Positions 19,676-28,104 of a stretch of DNA of 64,000 bases are shown here, piece by piece. The notes under the pieces are model-generated. The model searched no databases, was not told the DNA's origin, and saw only the letters and a list, made by a program, of their open reading frames with translations. Position numbers and translations under genes: made by a program. Source of the stretch: Planctomycetota bacterium (GTDB lineage: Bacteria > Planctomycetota > B15-G4 > JADJEK01); contig JBGAIQ010000007.1 of the NCBI GenBank assembly GCA_044225365.1, forward strand, positions 102,329-166,328, written 5' to 3'. Each line of letters starts with the position of its first letter. The first letter of the stretch is position 1.

Positions 19676-20845
19676 TCAGCGGCGGGTCGTGTAGAAGCGC
19701 TTGATCGTGGAGACGACGTGTTCCTGCTGCTCCGACGTGATGCCCGGGAAGAGCGGCAGCGACAACACTTCGCGCGCCGCACGCTCCGCTACCGGGAAAT
19801 CTCCGGCCTTGTAACCGAGATGCTTCAGAGCAGGCTGCAGATGGCACGGTTTCGGGTAGTAGATCTGCGTCGAGATCTCGTTCTCGGTCAGGAACGCCTG
19901 GAGCTCGTCGCGCTTGTCGACGCGGATCGTGTACTGGTGCCAGTTGTGGACGCGGTTCTTCTCGACCTTGGGGAGAATCACGTCGTCCACGAGCTGCGCG
20001 TCCGCGAACATCGACGTGTACGTGAGCGCAGCTTGCGTGCGCTGACGGTTCCACTCGATCAGATATCGCAACTTCACGCGCAATGTCGCCGCGGTGAGGG
20101 CGTTCATCCGGTAGTTGCCCGAGACGAACGAGTGGTGATACTGCTCGGTCATGCCCTGATTGCGGATCTGCTTCACGGCCTCGATGACGCCTTCGTCCTT
20201 CGAGACGACCATGCCGCCCTCGCCGAGCGCGCCGAGGTTCTTCGACGGATAGAACGAGAAGGCGCCGGCGTCGCCGATGCCGCCCGCGGGCTCGTCGTTG
20301 TAGCGCGAGAGCATCGCCTGGCAGGCGTCTTCGACCACCATCAGGCTGAACTGGTCGGCGAGTTCGAGGAGCGGCTTCATCTCGGCGCATTGACCGAAGA
20401 GATGGACCGGGAGGATCGCTCGGACCTTGGTGTGTTCGGAGTTGTGCTCGGTGACCTTCTTGCCGTTGAGCACACCGTCGTCGACGTAGTCGTACACCTT
20501 CTCGGCCTTGAGGCCGTAGGTGATCGGATCGATGTCGGCGAACACGGGCTTGGCGCCGAGTCGCACGATCGCGGAGGCCGTCGCGAAGAAGGTGAACGGC
20601 GAGGTGATCACCTCGTCGCCCGGTCCGACGCCGAGGGCCTGCAGCGCCGCCGAGATGGCGTCGGTACCGTTGCTGACCGCCGCCGCATGGGGAATGCCGG
20701 TGATCGCCGCGATCTCGCGCTCGAAGTTCTCGAGCTGCGGTCCGCCGATGAAGCGGCCAGTGGTCAGGACTTCGTCCATCGCCTGGCGCAGCTCGGTCAG
20801 GATCGGCTCATGGAGCTGGGTGAGGTCGAGCTGGGGTACCTTCAT
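19676..20845 (-). CDS. DegT/DnrJ/EryC1/StrS sugar aminotransferase
   Basis: SNGTDA, PFTFFATA, PVHLFGQ, EDACQA, SFYPSKNLGALGEGG PLP-lysine motif. Confidence 0.95.
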   Translation of the reverse strand: MKVPQLDLTQLHEPILTELRQAMDEVLTTGRFIGGPQLENFEREIAAITGIPHAAAVSNGTDAISAALQALGVGPGDEVITSPFTFFATASAIVRLGAKPVFADIDPITYGLKAEKVYDYVDDGVLNGKKVTEHNSEHTKVRAILPVHLFGQCAEMKPLLELADQFSLMVVEDACQAMLSRYNDEPAGGIGDAGAFSFYPSKNLGALGEGGMVVSKDEGVIEAVKQIRNQGMTEQYHHSFVSGNYRMNALTAATLRVKLRYLIEWNRQRTQAALTYTSMFADAQLVDDVILPKVEKNRVHNWHQYTIRVDKRDELQAFLTENEISTQIYYPKPCHLQPALKHLGYKAGDFPVAERAAREVLSLPLFPGITSEQQEHVVSTIKRFYTTRR

Positions 20846-21056
20846 GGCGTCTCCACGCGTCTCCGTGCTGCATGGCTTCAAAACATGAAACCAAGGGGCT
20901 CTAACTATCAAAACACATTGGCCGCCTGCAACGTGAAATTGCGGGCGGATCCGGCTTCAATACGGATCGAGCGCACGAACTCCTAACATCCGGAGTTGCG
21001 CCGCCGCCGCCACCGTACCGGATGCATCGGCGCGCCGGGAAGCAAATGCGTCCCGC

Positions 21057-22022
21057 GTGCAGACTCCGTTCTCGAGGACCGAGATGACCGTCCCCATCGC
21101 TTCGACCCTTGTTCTCGTCCAGGCCATGCTGTGGAGCCCTCTGGCTCTGCCTCAGGATCCGCAGCCGCCTGCGAAACAGGATCCCGCACCTCCACCCGCT
21201 CGATCGGAGGACGCCAAGAAGCAACTGTTCGCCATTCTCGACGCTGCGATCGCCACGCAGAACGGGCAGGGCTACGCGGATCATCTCGAGGACTTCGAGG
21301 CGACCCTCAGCGTCCACACTCGCGACGACAAGAAGGGTGACCTCGAGTTCAAGGTCGAGCGCTCGTGGAAGGCGCCGAACCTCATCTGGACCCATGTCAC
21401 CGAGAAGGTGACCGGCAAGGACTACGAACAGGGCTACGACGGCGGCGATCAATACTGGTACCGCGACAAGGAAGGCCCGAAGCTGCTCGAGGGCCCGAAC
21501 TACAAGGAGGATCGCAAGACGATCCGTCTCGACCTCGAGCTGATGAACCTGATGATGCAGTTCTGCTTCCTCAAGAACGCGCAGAAGGATCTGTCGAATG
21601 CCGAACTCCTGCCTTCCGTGAAGGTGATGCGGCCGGATCCGAAGGACATCTCCACCGACGTCGAGACCGAGTGCGACGTCCTGCGGGCCAAGATGGAACT
21701 CGCCAAGGCGATCGGTGGGTCGTCGATGGTGACGATGCACATCGAACGGAACACCCACTACCTCGCGCAGGTCCGCATCGAGCCGATCGATTCGTCCACT
21801 GCGGCGACCGAGCTCCACTTCAGTGCCCACGTCAAGAACGCGCAGGGCGTGATCGTGCCGCAGAACATCGATGTCTATCGCGGCACCGAGACCACGCCGT
21901 GGCAGCGGCTCATGCTCGATGGCCTCGACCGAGCGGATCCCGATGGCAATCCGATCAACAACATCCGCTTCAACACCGGAATGGACGCATCGCGATTCCA
22001 ACCCCCGAAACCGAAGAAGTGA
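21057..22022 (+). CDS. secreted hypothetical protein, possibly LolA-like fold
   Basis: Strong GC3 coding bias; signal-like N-terminus and Pro-rich linker; GYDGGDQYW and VIVPQNIDVY segments recall LolA-like proteins; start may be 21084. Confidence 0.65.
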   Translation: MQTPFSRTEMTVPIASTLVLVQAMLWSPLALPQDPQPPAKQDPAPPPARSEDAKKQLFAILDAAIATQNGQGYADHLEDFEATLSVHTRDDKKGDLEFKVERSWKAPNLIWTHVTEKVTGKDYEQGYDGGDQYWYRDKEGPKLLEGPNYKEDRKTIRLDLELMNLMMQFCFLKNAQKDLSNAELLPSVKVMRPDPKDISTDVETECDVLRAKMELAKAIGGSSMVTMHIERNTHYLAQVRIEPIDSSTAATELHFSAHVKNAQGVIVPQNIDVYRGTETTPWQRLMLDGLDRADPDGNPINNIRFNTGMDASRFQPPKPKK

Positions 22023-22029
22023 CGGCTTC

Positions 22030-23133
22030 GTGCGTCGCCCTCGCTTCACTTCGATCGCGTTCGTCCTCGCTTCCACGTGTGAGGTCATGGCGGGCTGCGC
22101 GCTGCAAGCTCCTCGACAGAGCGCGTCGAGCAACGCGCAACCGCCACACGCGGTATTCCTGATCGCCGACACCGATTTCCACCAGGAAGGCGATCCCGAC
22201 GACGTCCTGCGCGGCGCGATCCTCGCGTTCGATCCGAAGACGAAGGAGTGCTCCGTCTTTGCCGCCGACAAGCAATTCCTCGAGCCGCAGGGAATCGTCC
22301 GACACTCCGATGGTTCGCTGCTCGTCGTCGACTTCGGCGCGAAGGCGAAGCCCGACTCCCCCGACTCCCCCCACGCCAAGGGAACGGGCGCGATCTTCCG
22401 ACTCTCGGGCAAGGATGGCTCGTTCCTGCGGCGCTACGACAGCGAGCTCTTCGTCGCTCCGACTTCGCTCGTCCTCGTCGACGATCACACTGCCTGGATC
22501 TCCGACCGAAAGGCGAAGAACGCCGCGGGCGGACAAGGCGCCGTGCTCGCGCTCGACCTGGAGTCCGGAGCCACGAAGGTGGCGTTCGACGATGCGCGGT
22601 TCAAGGCGCCGTCCTGTCTCGCGCTCTCGAAACTGGGCAAGCCGGTCCTCTGCGATGCCGACGCCAAGCGCGACGCGACCACAACGGACGAGGGCGTGCT
22701 GTTCCGACTCGATGCGGCGACGAGCAAGGCCGAGCCCTTCGCCTACCTGACCGGCACGCTGTCACCCCTCGGCTTGCTGTGCCTCGACGACGGCGACTGC
22801 CTGATCTTCGACAGCAACGCGGACCCGAAGCACCTCGGCGGTCCGGCGGGCGCAGTGTTCCGGCAAGTCGCCGCGACGGGCAAGACGGAGGTGCTCGCCG
22901 AACTCCCGCGCTTTCGCGATCCGGTGCGGGGCGCGTTCGGTCCGGACGGGCGCGTGTGGTTCGTCGACGCCAACGCCGATCCGGAGAAGCGCGGCCCGGA
23001 TCGCGCGGGCCGCGGACAGAACGCGACGGGGCCCGGCGCGATCTTCGCGATCGATCTCGCGACGAACGCCGTGGAGACGATCGCATCGCCTCTCTGCTTC
23101 GTCAATCCGGTCGCGATCCTGTGGGTGCCCTGA
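22030..23133 (+). CDS. secreted beta-propeller (NHL/SMP-30-like) protein
   Basis: Repeated P-x-G...DG-x-L-x-x-x-D and GAIF/GAVF blade motifs; MAGC possible lipobox; GTG start inferred. Confidence 0.75.
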   Translation: MRRPRFTSIAFVLASTCEVMAGCALQAPRQSASSNAQPPHAVFLIADTDFHQEGDPDDVLRGAILAFDPKTKECSVFAADKQFLEPQGIVRHSDGSLLVVDFGAKAKPDSPDSPHAKGTGAIFRLSGKDGSFLRRYDSELFVAPTSLVLVDDHTAWISDRKAKNAAGGQGAVLALDLESGATKVAFDDARFKAPSCLALSKLGKPVLCDADAKRDATTTDEGVLFRLDAATSKAEPFAYLTGTLSPLGLLCLDDGDCLIFDSNADPKHLGGPAGAVFRQVAATGKTEVLAELPRFRDPVRGAFGPDGRVWFVDANADPEKRGPDRAGRGQNATGPGAIFAIDLATNAVETIASPLCFVNPVAILWVP

Positions 23134-23136
23134 CGG

Positions 23137-24210
23137 ATGCGCTTGCTCGTCCAGCGTCTCGCGCTCGCGCTCGCCGTCGCGACCCTCACGTTCTTCGTCT
23201 CCGCGATCGGATTCGAAGTCCTCGCGCACACCGTTCTGTTCTCGCCCGCGTTCGTGCCGGAAAAGTCCCAATCCGAAGCGATGAGAGCCTTCGGGGCCGC
23301 GCGCATGCTCGAGAGCTGGCACGATCACGGACTCTCGTACCGCGGGCGACCACACGCTCGAATCGACCTCTACGGGATCGAATACCGTCACGATTCGCGC
23401 GGCCTGCGCAGTCCCGACTTCGCGTCGGAGAAGGGTGCGACCGAATTCCGGATCCTCGTGCTCGGCGATTCGAACACCTATGGCTGGCGGGCGAAGGAGA
23501 ACGACACCTTCTCCGCCCTCCTGCAACGAGCGCTCGTCGCCGATTTCGCCGCGCGCGGCGTGGCGCGCCGGGTCACCGTCATCAACGCCGGACTCCCGGG
23601 ATACAACTCGCGCGACGAGTACTTGCGGTACCGATCACTCGAGGCCGACGCCAAACCCGATCTCGTCCTGCTCGCGTGGTACGCGAACGATTGCGAGCGA
23701 TTCGGATTCCAGGTCGATGTCGAGGGTTTCCTCGACTTCGATCCGCTCCCGACCCCCGTCGAGTGGAAGCCCCTGCTCCTGCGGTCCTACGCCTACCGCT
23801 GGCTGAAGGAGCGTCGCACCGACGATCTGCGCAAGGCGGGCCAGATCGACATCCACGAGCCGACGGCGTTCGAGTTCAGCACTCGATTCGTACAGCAGCT
23901 CGCGCAGGACGTCGCCGCGCGCGGCTCGCGCTTCCTGCTGCTTGACGTCCCGGTGCTCGAACCGGACGATAAATCACAACGCATCTCGATCGGCGGCTAC
24001 CGGGAGAAGTCGCTCTCGGCCAAGCTCGAGGCCTTCGCGAAGGCGAATTCGCTCCCGTTCCTCTCGCTCCTCCCCGCGATCGACGGGCAGCCTGCCGCGC
24101 TGCTCTGGGGTTCGATCGAGCAGAACGACCACCATCCGAATGCGAAGGCGCACGCCCTCTTCGCGAACGCGCTCTTCCCGTTCCTGCGCGCAGCGAACCT
24201 CGTCCCCTGA
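23137..24210 (+). CDS. SGNH/GDSL hydrolase family protein
   Basis: LGDSNTYG, NAGLPGY, AND, DHHPN blocks; N-terminal TM helix. Confidence 0.88.
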   Translation: MRLLVQRLALALAVATLTFFVSAIGFEVLAHTVLFSPAFVPEKSQSEAMRAFGAARMLESWHDHGLSYRGRPHARIDLYGIEYRHDSRGLRSPDFASEKGATEFRILVLGDSNTYGWRAKENDTFSALLQRALVADFAARGVARRVTVINAGLPGYNSRDEYLRYRSLEADAKPDLVLLAWYANDCERFGFQVDVEGFLDFDPLPTPVEWKPLLLRSYAYRWLKERRTDDLRKAGQIDIHEPTAFEFSTRFVQQLAQDVAARGSRFLLLDVPVLEPDDKSQRISIGGYREKSLSAKLEAFAKANSLPFLSLLPAIDGQPAALLWGSIEQNDHHPNAKAHALFANALFPFLRAANLVP

Positions 24211-24228
24211 GGTTCTGGCGCAAAAGCG

Positions 24229-24264
24229 GAAGAGGCTCTGCGGTGGGAATCGCAGAGCCTCTTC
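24229..24264 (-). terminator. terminator downstream of tRNA-Pro (possibly bidirectional)
   Basis: GAAGAGGCTCTGCG/CGCAGAGCCTCTTC 14-bp stem, TTTT shortly after on minus strand. Confidence 0.7.
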
Positions 24265-24283
24265 ATCTCGACTTTTCTTGTAG

Positions 24284-24360
24284 TGGTCGGGCAGACTGGA
24301 TTTGAACCAGCGACCTCTTGCTCCCGAAGCAAGCGCTCTACCAAGCTGAGCCACTGCCCG
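24284..24360 (-). tRNA. tRNA-Pro(CGG)
   Basis: CGGGCAG/CTGCCCG acceptor, anticodon arm CTTGC-TTCGGGA-GCAAG, GGTTCAAATCC T-arm, encoded CCA. Confidence 0.96.
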
Positions 24361-24447
24361 TCGTCTTCGAGAGCGAAGCAGTATGCCCGGCCCTGGCCCC
24401 GATGCAAGCCAATACTTCGCGCCGAATCGAGCGGCCGCTCGAAACAC

Positions 24448-25530
24448 TCACTTCGCGACGGGAACGAGCTTGCTGTCGACGAGCCAGGATTCGAGTCGCG
24501 TCGCCACGAGGCGATGCCCGAGCGGCGAAAGATGGCCCTCGTCCCACGGCAGCCAACAACTCGGGTGCTGCTCCTTGAGGGCGTCGATGAGGTCGAGGTG
24601 CGGGATCTTCGTGGGGTCGGCCGTGAAGTCGTACGCCAGCGCCTTCATGATGTTCGGACCGAGAGGGTCACGCGTGTTCGCAAAGCCGGGGATCATCGCG
24701 ACGGCGAACTTCACGTTGCGCCGAGCGCAGACCTTGGAGAGATCGATCAACATCTCGCGCACGACGATCGTGCGCCGCTTGTCCTCCGGGTCGTTCGGAT
24801 TCATCGCCTTCCCGCCGGTGTACTTCTTCACGAGCTCCTTGAACTGCTCGGACTTCTTCCGAGCGGACTCGCCGCTTCGACCCTGGCGCTCGGACTCGTA
24901 TTGGATGTACTGCGTCTCGATGTAGTTGAAGGTCGCCGTGCGGCGCAACGCATCGCGCCCCGGGAACTCCCACACCGCCATCTTCCTGGGCTCGATCTCG
25001 ATGTCGTTGGGATAGAACATCACGACGACGAGATCGGGCTCGAGATCGAATCCGAAGGTGTAGAGCCAGTCGCGCTCGTTCGTCGTGTCGTAGCCCTGGA
25101 CGGCGCCGTTCATCACGCGGATCGTCTTGCCCGGGGGAGCGCGCTTCGAGAGCGAATCGCGGACGATGCTCGCGAACGTCTCGTTCTGTTCGACGTCGAT
25201 GCCGAACGTCAGGCTGTCCCCGAGCAGGAGCACGCGAAACTCCCCCTCCGGCTTCTTCTGCGGGAACTCCTCGTCCCGCATTCCCAGAGCGTTGATGTGG
25301 ATCTTCTGGCCGCGCGGCGTCTCGCGATCCTGGCTCGGGACGAGGCGGAATCCGACGCGCGCGTCGGGGACCGTCACGACTCGCTTGTCGTAGCCGAGGC
25401 CTTGTAGGACGAGTTCGACGATCACGACGATCGCGAGCGTCGTCAGCAGGGAGTACCGGATCTTCGAGGCGAGGGGGATGGCCGGCGCGTGCGCGGGCTG
25501 CGGCTCCGAGACTTCATCCATCCCGCTCAT
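24448..25530 (-). CDS. SGNH/GDSL hydrolase family protein
   Basis: LGDSLTFG, NGAVQGY, YPND, DEGHL blocks; INALGMRD motif; N-terminal TM helix. Confidence 0.88.
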   Translation of the reverse strand: MSGMDEVSEPQPAHAPAIPLASKIRYSLLTTLAIVVIVELVLQGLGYDKRVVTVPDARVGFRLVPSQDRETPRGQKIHINALGMRDEEFPQKKPEGEFRVLLLGDSLTFGIDVEQNETFASIVRDSLSKRAPPGKTIRVMNGAVQGYDTTNERDWLYTFGFDLEPDLVVVMFYPNDIEIEPRKMAVWEFPGRDALRRTATFNYIETQYIQYESERQGRSGESARKKSEQFKELVKKYTGGKAMNPNDPEDKRRTIVVREMLIDLSKVCARRNVKFAVAMIPGFANTRDPLGPNIMKALAYDFTADPTKIPHLDLIDALKEQHPSCWLPWDEGHLSPLGHRLVATRLESWLVDSKLVPVAK

Positions 25531-27071
25531 TCTCCGAGGTCGAGGAAGGTCCCGCCGTTCTCCGCGGCGATCTGCTTCATCAGGATCTTGCCGCGCTCGT
25601 TCTTACCGATGTTGATCGTGTTGATCACGATCTTCCGCAGGGAATTCACGCGCCGTACTTCGGCGAGGATCCGCTCGTTCTCCGTCATCGGACCCGCCGT
25701 CGGATCGCCGTCCGACAGGAAGAAGATCGTGTCCACGGTCGAACCGAGATTCGTGTCGTAGCCCGTCACCGCGGCCTTGCTGTCGAGCGCGGCCATGAGC
25801 GCGTCGTAGAAGTTCGTCTTGCCCTCGTCGCCGCCCGCCGAGCCCGAGAGCCCCGCCGCGCGCTTCAGGTTCTGCGACGAGCCGCCGATCGGCTGGAGGT
25901 CCGAGATCCACTTCGATGCCGCCTTGCGGTTCAGGATGTTCCCCGGGACGAGGCCCGAGTCCTTCCATTTCCGGACCTTCGTGGCGAAGGCGAGGATGTT
26001 GAAGAACGTGCGGTCGTCGAGGTTCTCGACCGTTCGCATGAGCTCTTGCTTCACGACCTCGATCTTCACGAAGGACTTGTAGGTGCGACCCTGCAGCGCG
26101 AACTTCTCGCGATTGACGAGAGGATCCTCCATCGAACCCGAGATGTCGACGACGTAGAGAATGCGCCGGCTCTTCGTCGGGATGCCCGCGAAGTCGTCGG
26201 TGCCCGGCTGATAGCGGAGCTGGGATTTCTCGAAGGCCTCGCGTGCCTTCCGAACTTCCTCGTCGCTCGGGATCTTGAACTTGTCCTTGACGCGATCCCA
26301 CAGCTCCTGCCACTTGTCCGCATTGTCGCCCATGTCGAAGATCGTGATATCGAGGAGCGCCTTCGCGATCTCGTCGCGCAACCGGCCGTCCTCCTTCTTG
26401 AGCTGATCGATGAGAGGCTGGACGCTTTCCTTCTGACGCAAGAGGCCGAGCGCACCGATCGATGCCGACCGGACCTGCCACTTCGGACTCGTCAACTTCT
26501 CGAGGACGGCGGCGTTGGCCGACGGTTCGCCGATGAGGCCGAGCGAATCGAGCGCCGCGATGCACACGGTCTCGTCCGTCGACTTCAGGAGCTTCACCAC
26601 GTCGGGGACGACCTTCTTGTTCTTCAGCTTGCCGAGAGCGAGGGCCGCGGCGCGCTGGATGTCGGCATCGCGCTCGTTCAACAGCACCGCGATCGGCTCG
26701 GCCGCGAACTCGTGACCCATGGCGGCGAGCGCGCCGATCGCGACGACCTTCACGTTCTTGGTCGAGAAGTGCTTGTTGCCGACGATGTTCTCGAGCAACC
26801 ACTTCGCGCATTCGAGACTGCGGTAGCCGCCGAGCACGTCGATGGCCGTCTGGCGTACGGAGAAGTCGGGGTCGTCGAAGCAGGCGACGAGCGCCTCGAC
26901 GGCGAGCGGATGATCGAGTCGATCGAGCACGTGGATCGCCTCGATCTTCTCCGCGGGCGATGCGTTGCTCTTGTAGAACTTCTTGAACTCCGCGACGGTG
27001 TCCGAGATCTGGTCCGCCGTCGCCAGGGCTGCGGCGAGGCAGATCGAAACGAGAGCGAGGACGATCTTCAT
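25527..27071 (-). CDS. secreted HEAT-repeat plus von Willebrand A domain protein
   Basis: Signal peptide; repeated VR..AI..LG HEAT units; MIDAS DISGS, G-T-N and FLSDG motifs; 4-bp overlap with SGNH gene. Confidence 0.88.
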   Translation of the reverse strand: MKIVLALVSICLAAALATADQISDTVAEFKKFYKSNASPAEKIEAIHVLDRLDHPLAVEALVACFDDPDFSVRQTAIDVLGGYRSLECAKWLLENIVGNKHFSTKNVKVVAIGALAAMGHEFAAEPIAVLLNERDADIQRAAALALGKLKNKKVVPDVVKLLKSTDETVCIAALDSLGLIGEPSANAAVLEKLTSPKWQVRSASIGALGLLRQKESVQPLIDQLKKEDGRLRDEIAKALLDITIFDMGDNADKWQELWDRVKDKFKIPSDEEVRKAREAFEKSQLRYQPGTDDFAGIPTKSRRILYVVDISGSMEDPLVNREKFALQGRTYKSFVKIEVVKQELMRTVENLDDRTFFNILAFATKVRKWKDSGLVPGNILNRKAASKWISDLQPIGGSSQNLKRAAGLSGSAGGDEGKTNFYDALMAALDSKAAVTGYDTNLGSTVDTIFFLSDGDPTAGPMTENERILAEVRRVNSLRKIVINTINIGKNERGKILMKQIAAENGGTFLDLGE

Positions 27072-27267
27072 GACGTCGCGATCTCCAAGGATCCGGGTCG
27101 AGCGCGGCACATCGCTTGCACGACTCGTGCGGCGAATCGCCACCGTGCGATGGCCTGCGCCCTTGCGACGAGAGTCGCTACAGTGAGGACGCAAGCGGAC
27201 GGCTGCGGCAGCATCCCATTCATAGTACCCGCTCCGATGCGACGTAACGAGCAATGAGGTCTCCTTC

Positions 27268-27996
27268 ATGAAGGGTTCGTTGATCGCGCTGTTCCTCGTG
27301 GGACTCGCAGGCTTCCTCGTCTACACGCTGCTCCGCGACGACTTCGCCGACCTGGTTCGCCTGGAATCCCAGACTCGCAGCGAGTTGGCGCGAGCGAACG
27401 ACGAACTGGACGCCGCGACCCGGTCGCTGAACGTGCTCCGGGCAGCCCGTCCGAACCTCGCGGAGATCGACGCCGAGCGAGCGGCACTCCAACGCCAGTA
27501 CGAGGAGCAGAAGAAGAACCTCGAGAAACTGACGCGAGAGCGCCCGGGCCCGAAGGACGCCCGCCTCCAGTTCATCGAGAGCCGGCAAGCCGCGCAGAGC
27601 GCCGCGAATTCGCTCGCTACCAGTGCGCATTCGCTCGCTCAGCGTTCCGTCCTGATGGAGGACTTCACGAAGAACGGCCAGCCGATCATCAAGGCGCTGA
27701 ACGAGGCCACCGAGCGGACCTTCGCACTGAAGAACAAGCAGGTGGCTGCGGGCAAGACGATCGATCCCGTCCTCCTCAACCGACTCGAACAGATCCAACG
27801 CAAGCGCGGCGGCCTGCAGGACATGGCGAAGGGTTTCTACGCGGCGGCCTGCGGCGTGAAGCGCTCCGAACGCGACCCGGACGTCAGCGTCGATACGTTG
27901 GCGACGGAGTCGCGGACGATCGAGAACGAATCGAAGGCCCTCATCGCAGATCTCGACGCGGCGTACAAGGAACTCGAGGCGCTCTCCAACAAGTGA
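27268..27996 (+). CDS. membrane-anchored coiled-coil hypothetical protein
   Basis: N-terminal hydrophobic helix, then E/Q/K/L-rich heptad-like sequence; coding bias. Confidence 0.7.
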   Translation: MKGSLIALFLVGLAGFLVYTLLRDDFADLVRLESQTRSELARANDELDAATRSLNVLRAARPNLAEIDAERAALQRQYEEQKKNLEKLTRERPGPKDARLQFIESRQAAQSAANSLATSAHSLAQRSVLMEDFTKNGQPIIKALNEATERTFALKNKQVAAGKTIDPVLLNRLEQIQRKRGGLQDMAKGFYAAACGVKRSERDPDVSVDTLATESRTIENESKALIADLDAAYKELEALSNK

Positions 27997-28104
27997 CGGC
28001 GGCGCCGGAGCGGCGACTCAATGACCGTTCACGATTCGGCCAGGCCTCCGACCGTCCGAGCTGCGCATGCATCGTCGGACCTCCTCACCTTCTCTTTTCA
28101 CTCG

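Noticed and set aside
20983-20990. Single CTAACATC matching the recA repeat half-site
   Set aside because: Lone half-site, adequately explained as a TAACAT -10 element for the downstream gene.
13876-24360. Possible genomic island anchored at tmRNA, tRNA-Leu or tRNA-Pro
   Set aside because: No integrase, no duplicated tRNA 3' end seen, composition matches the flanks.
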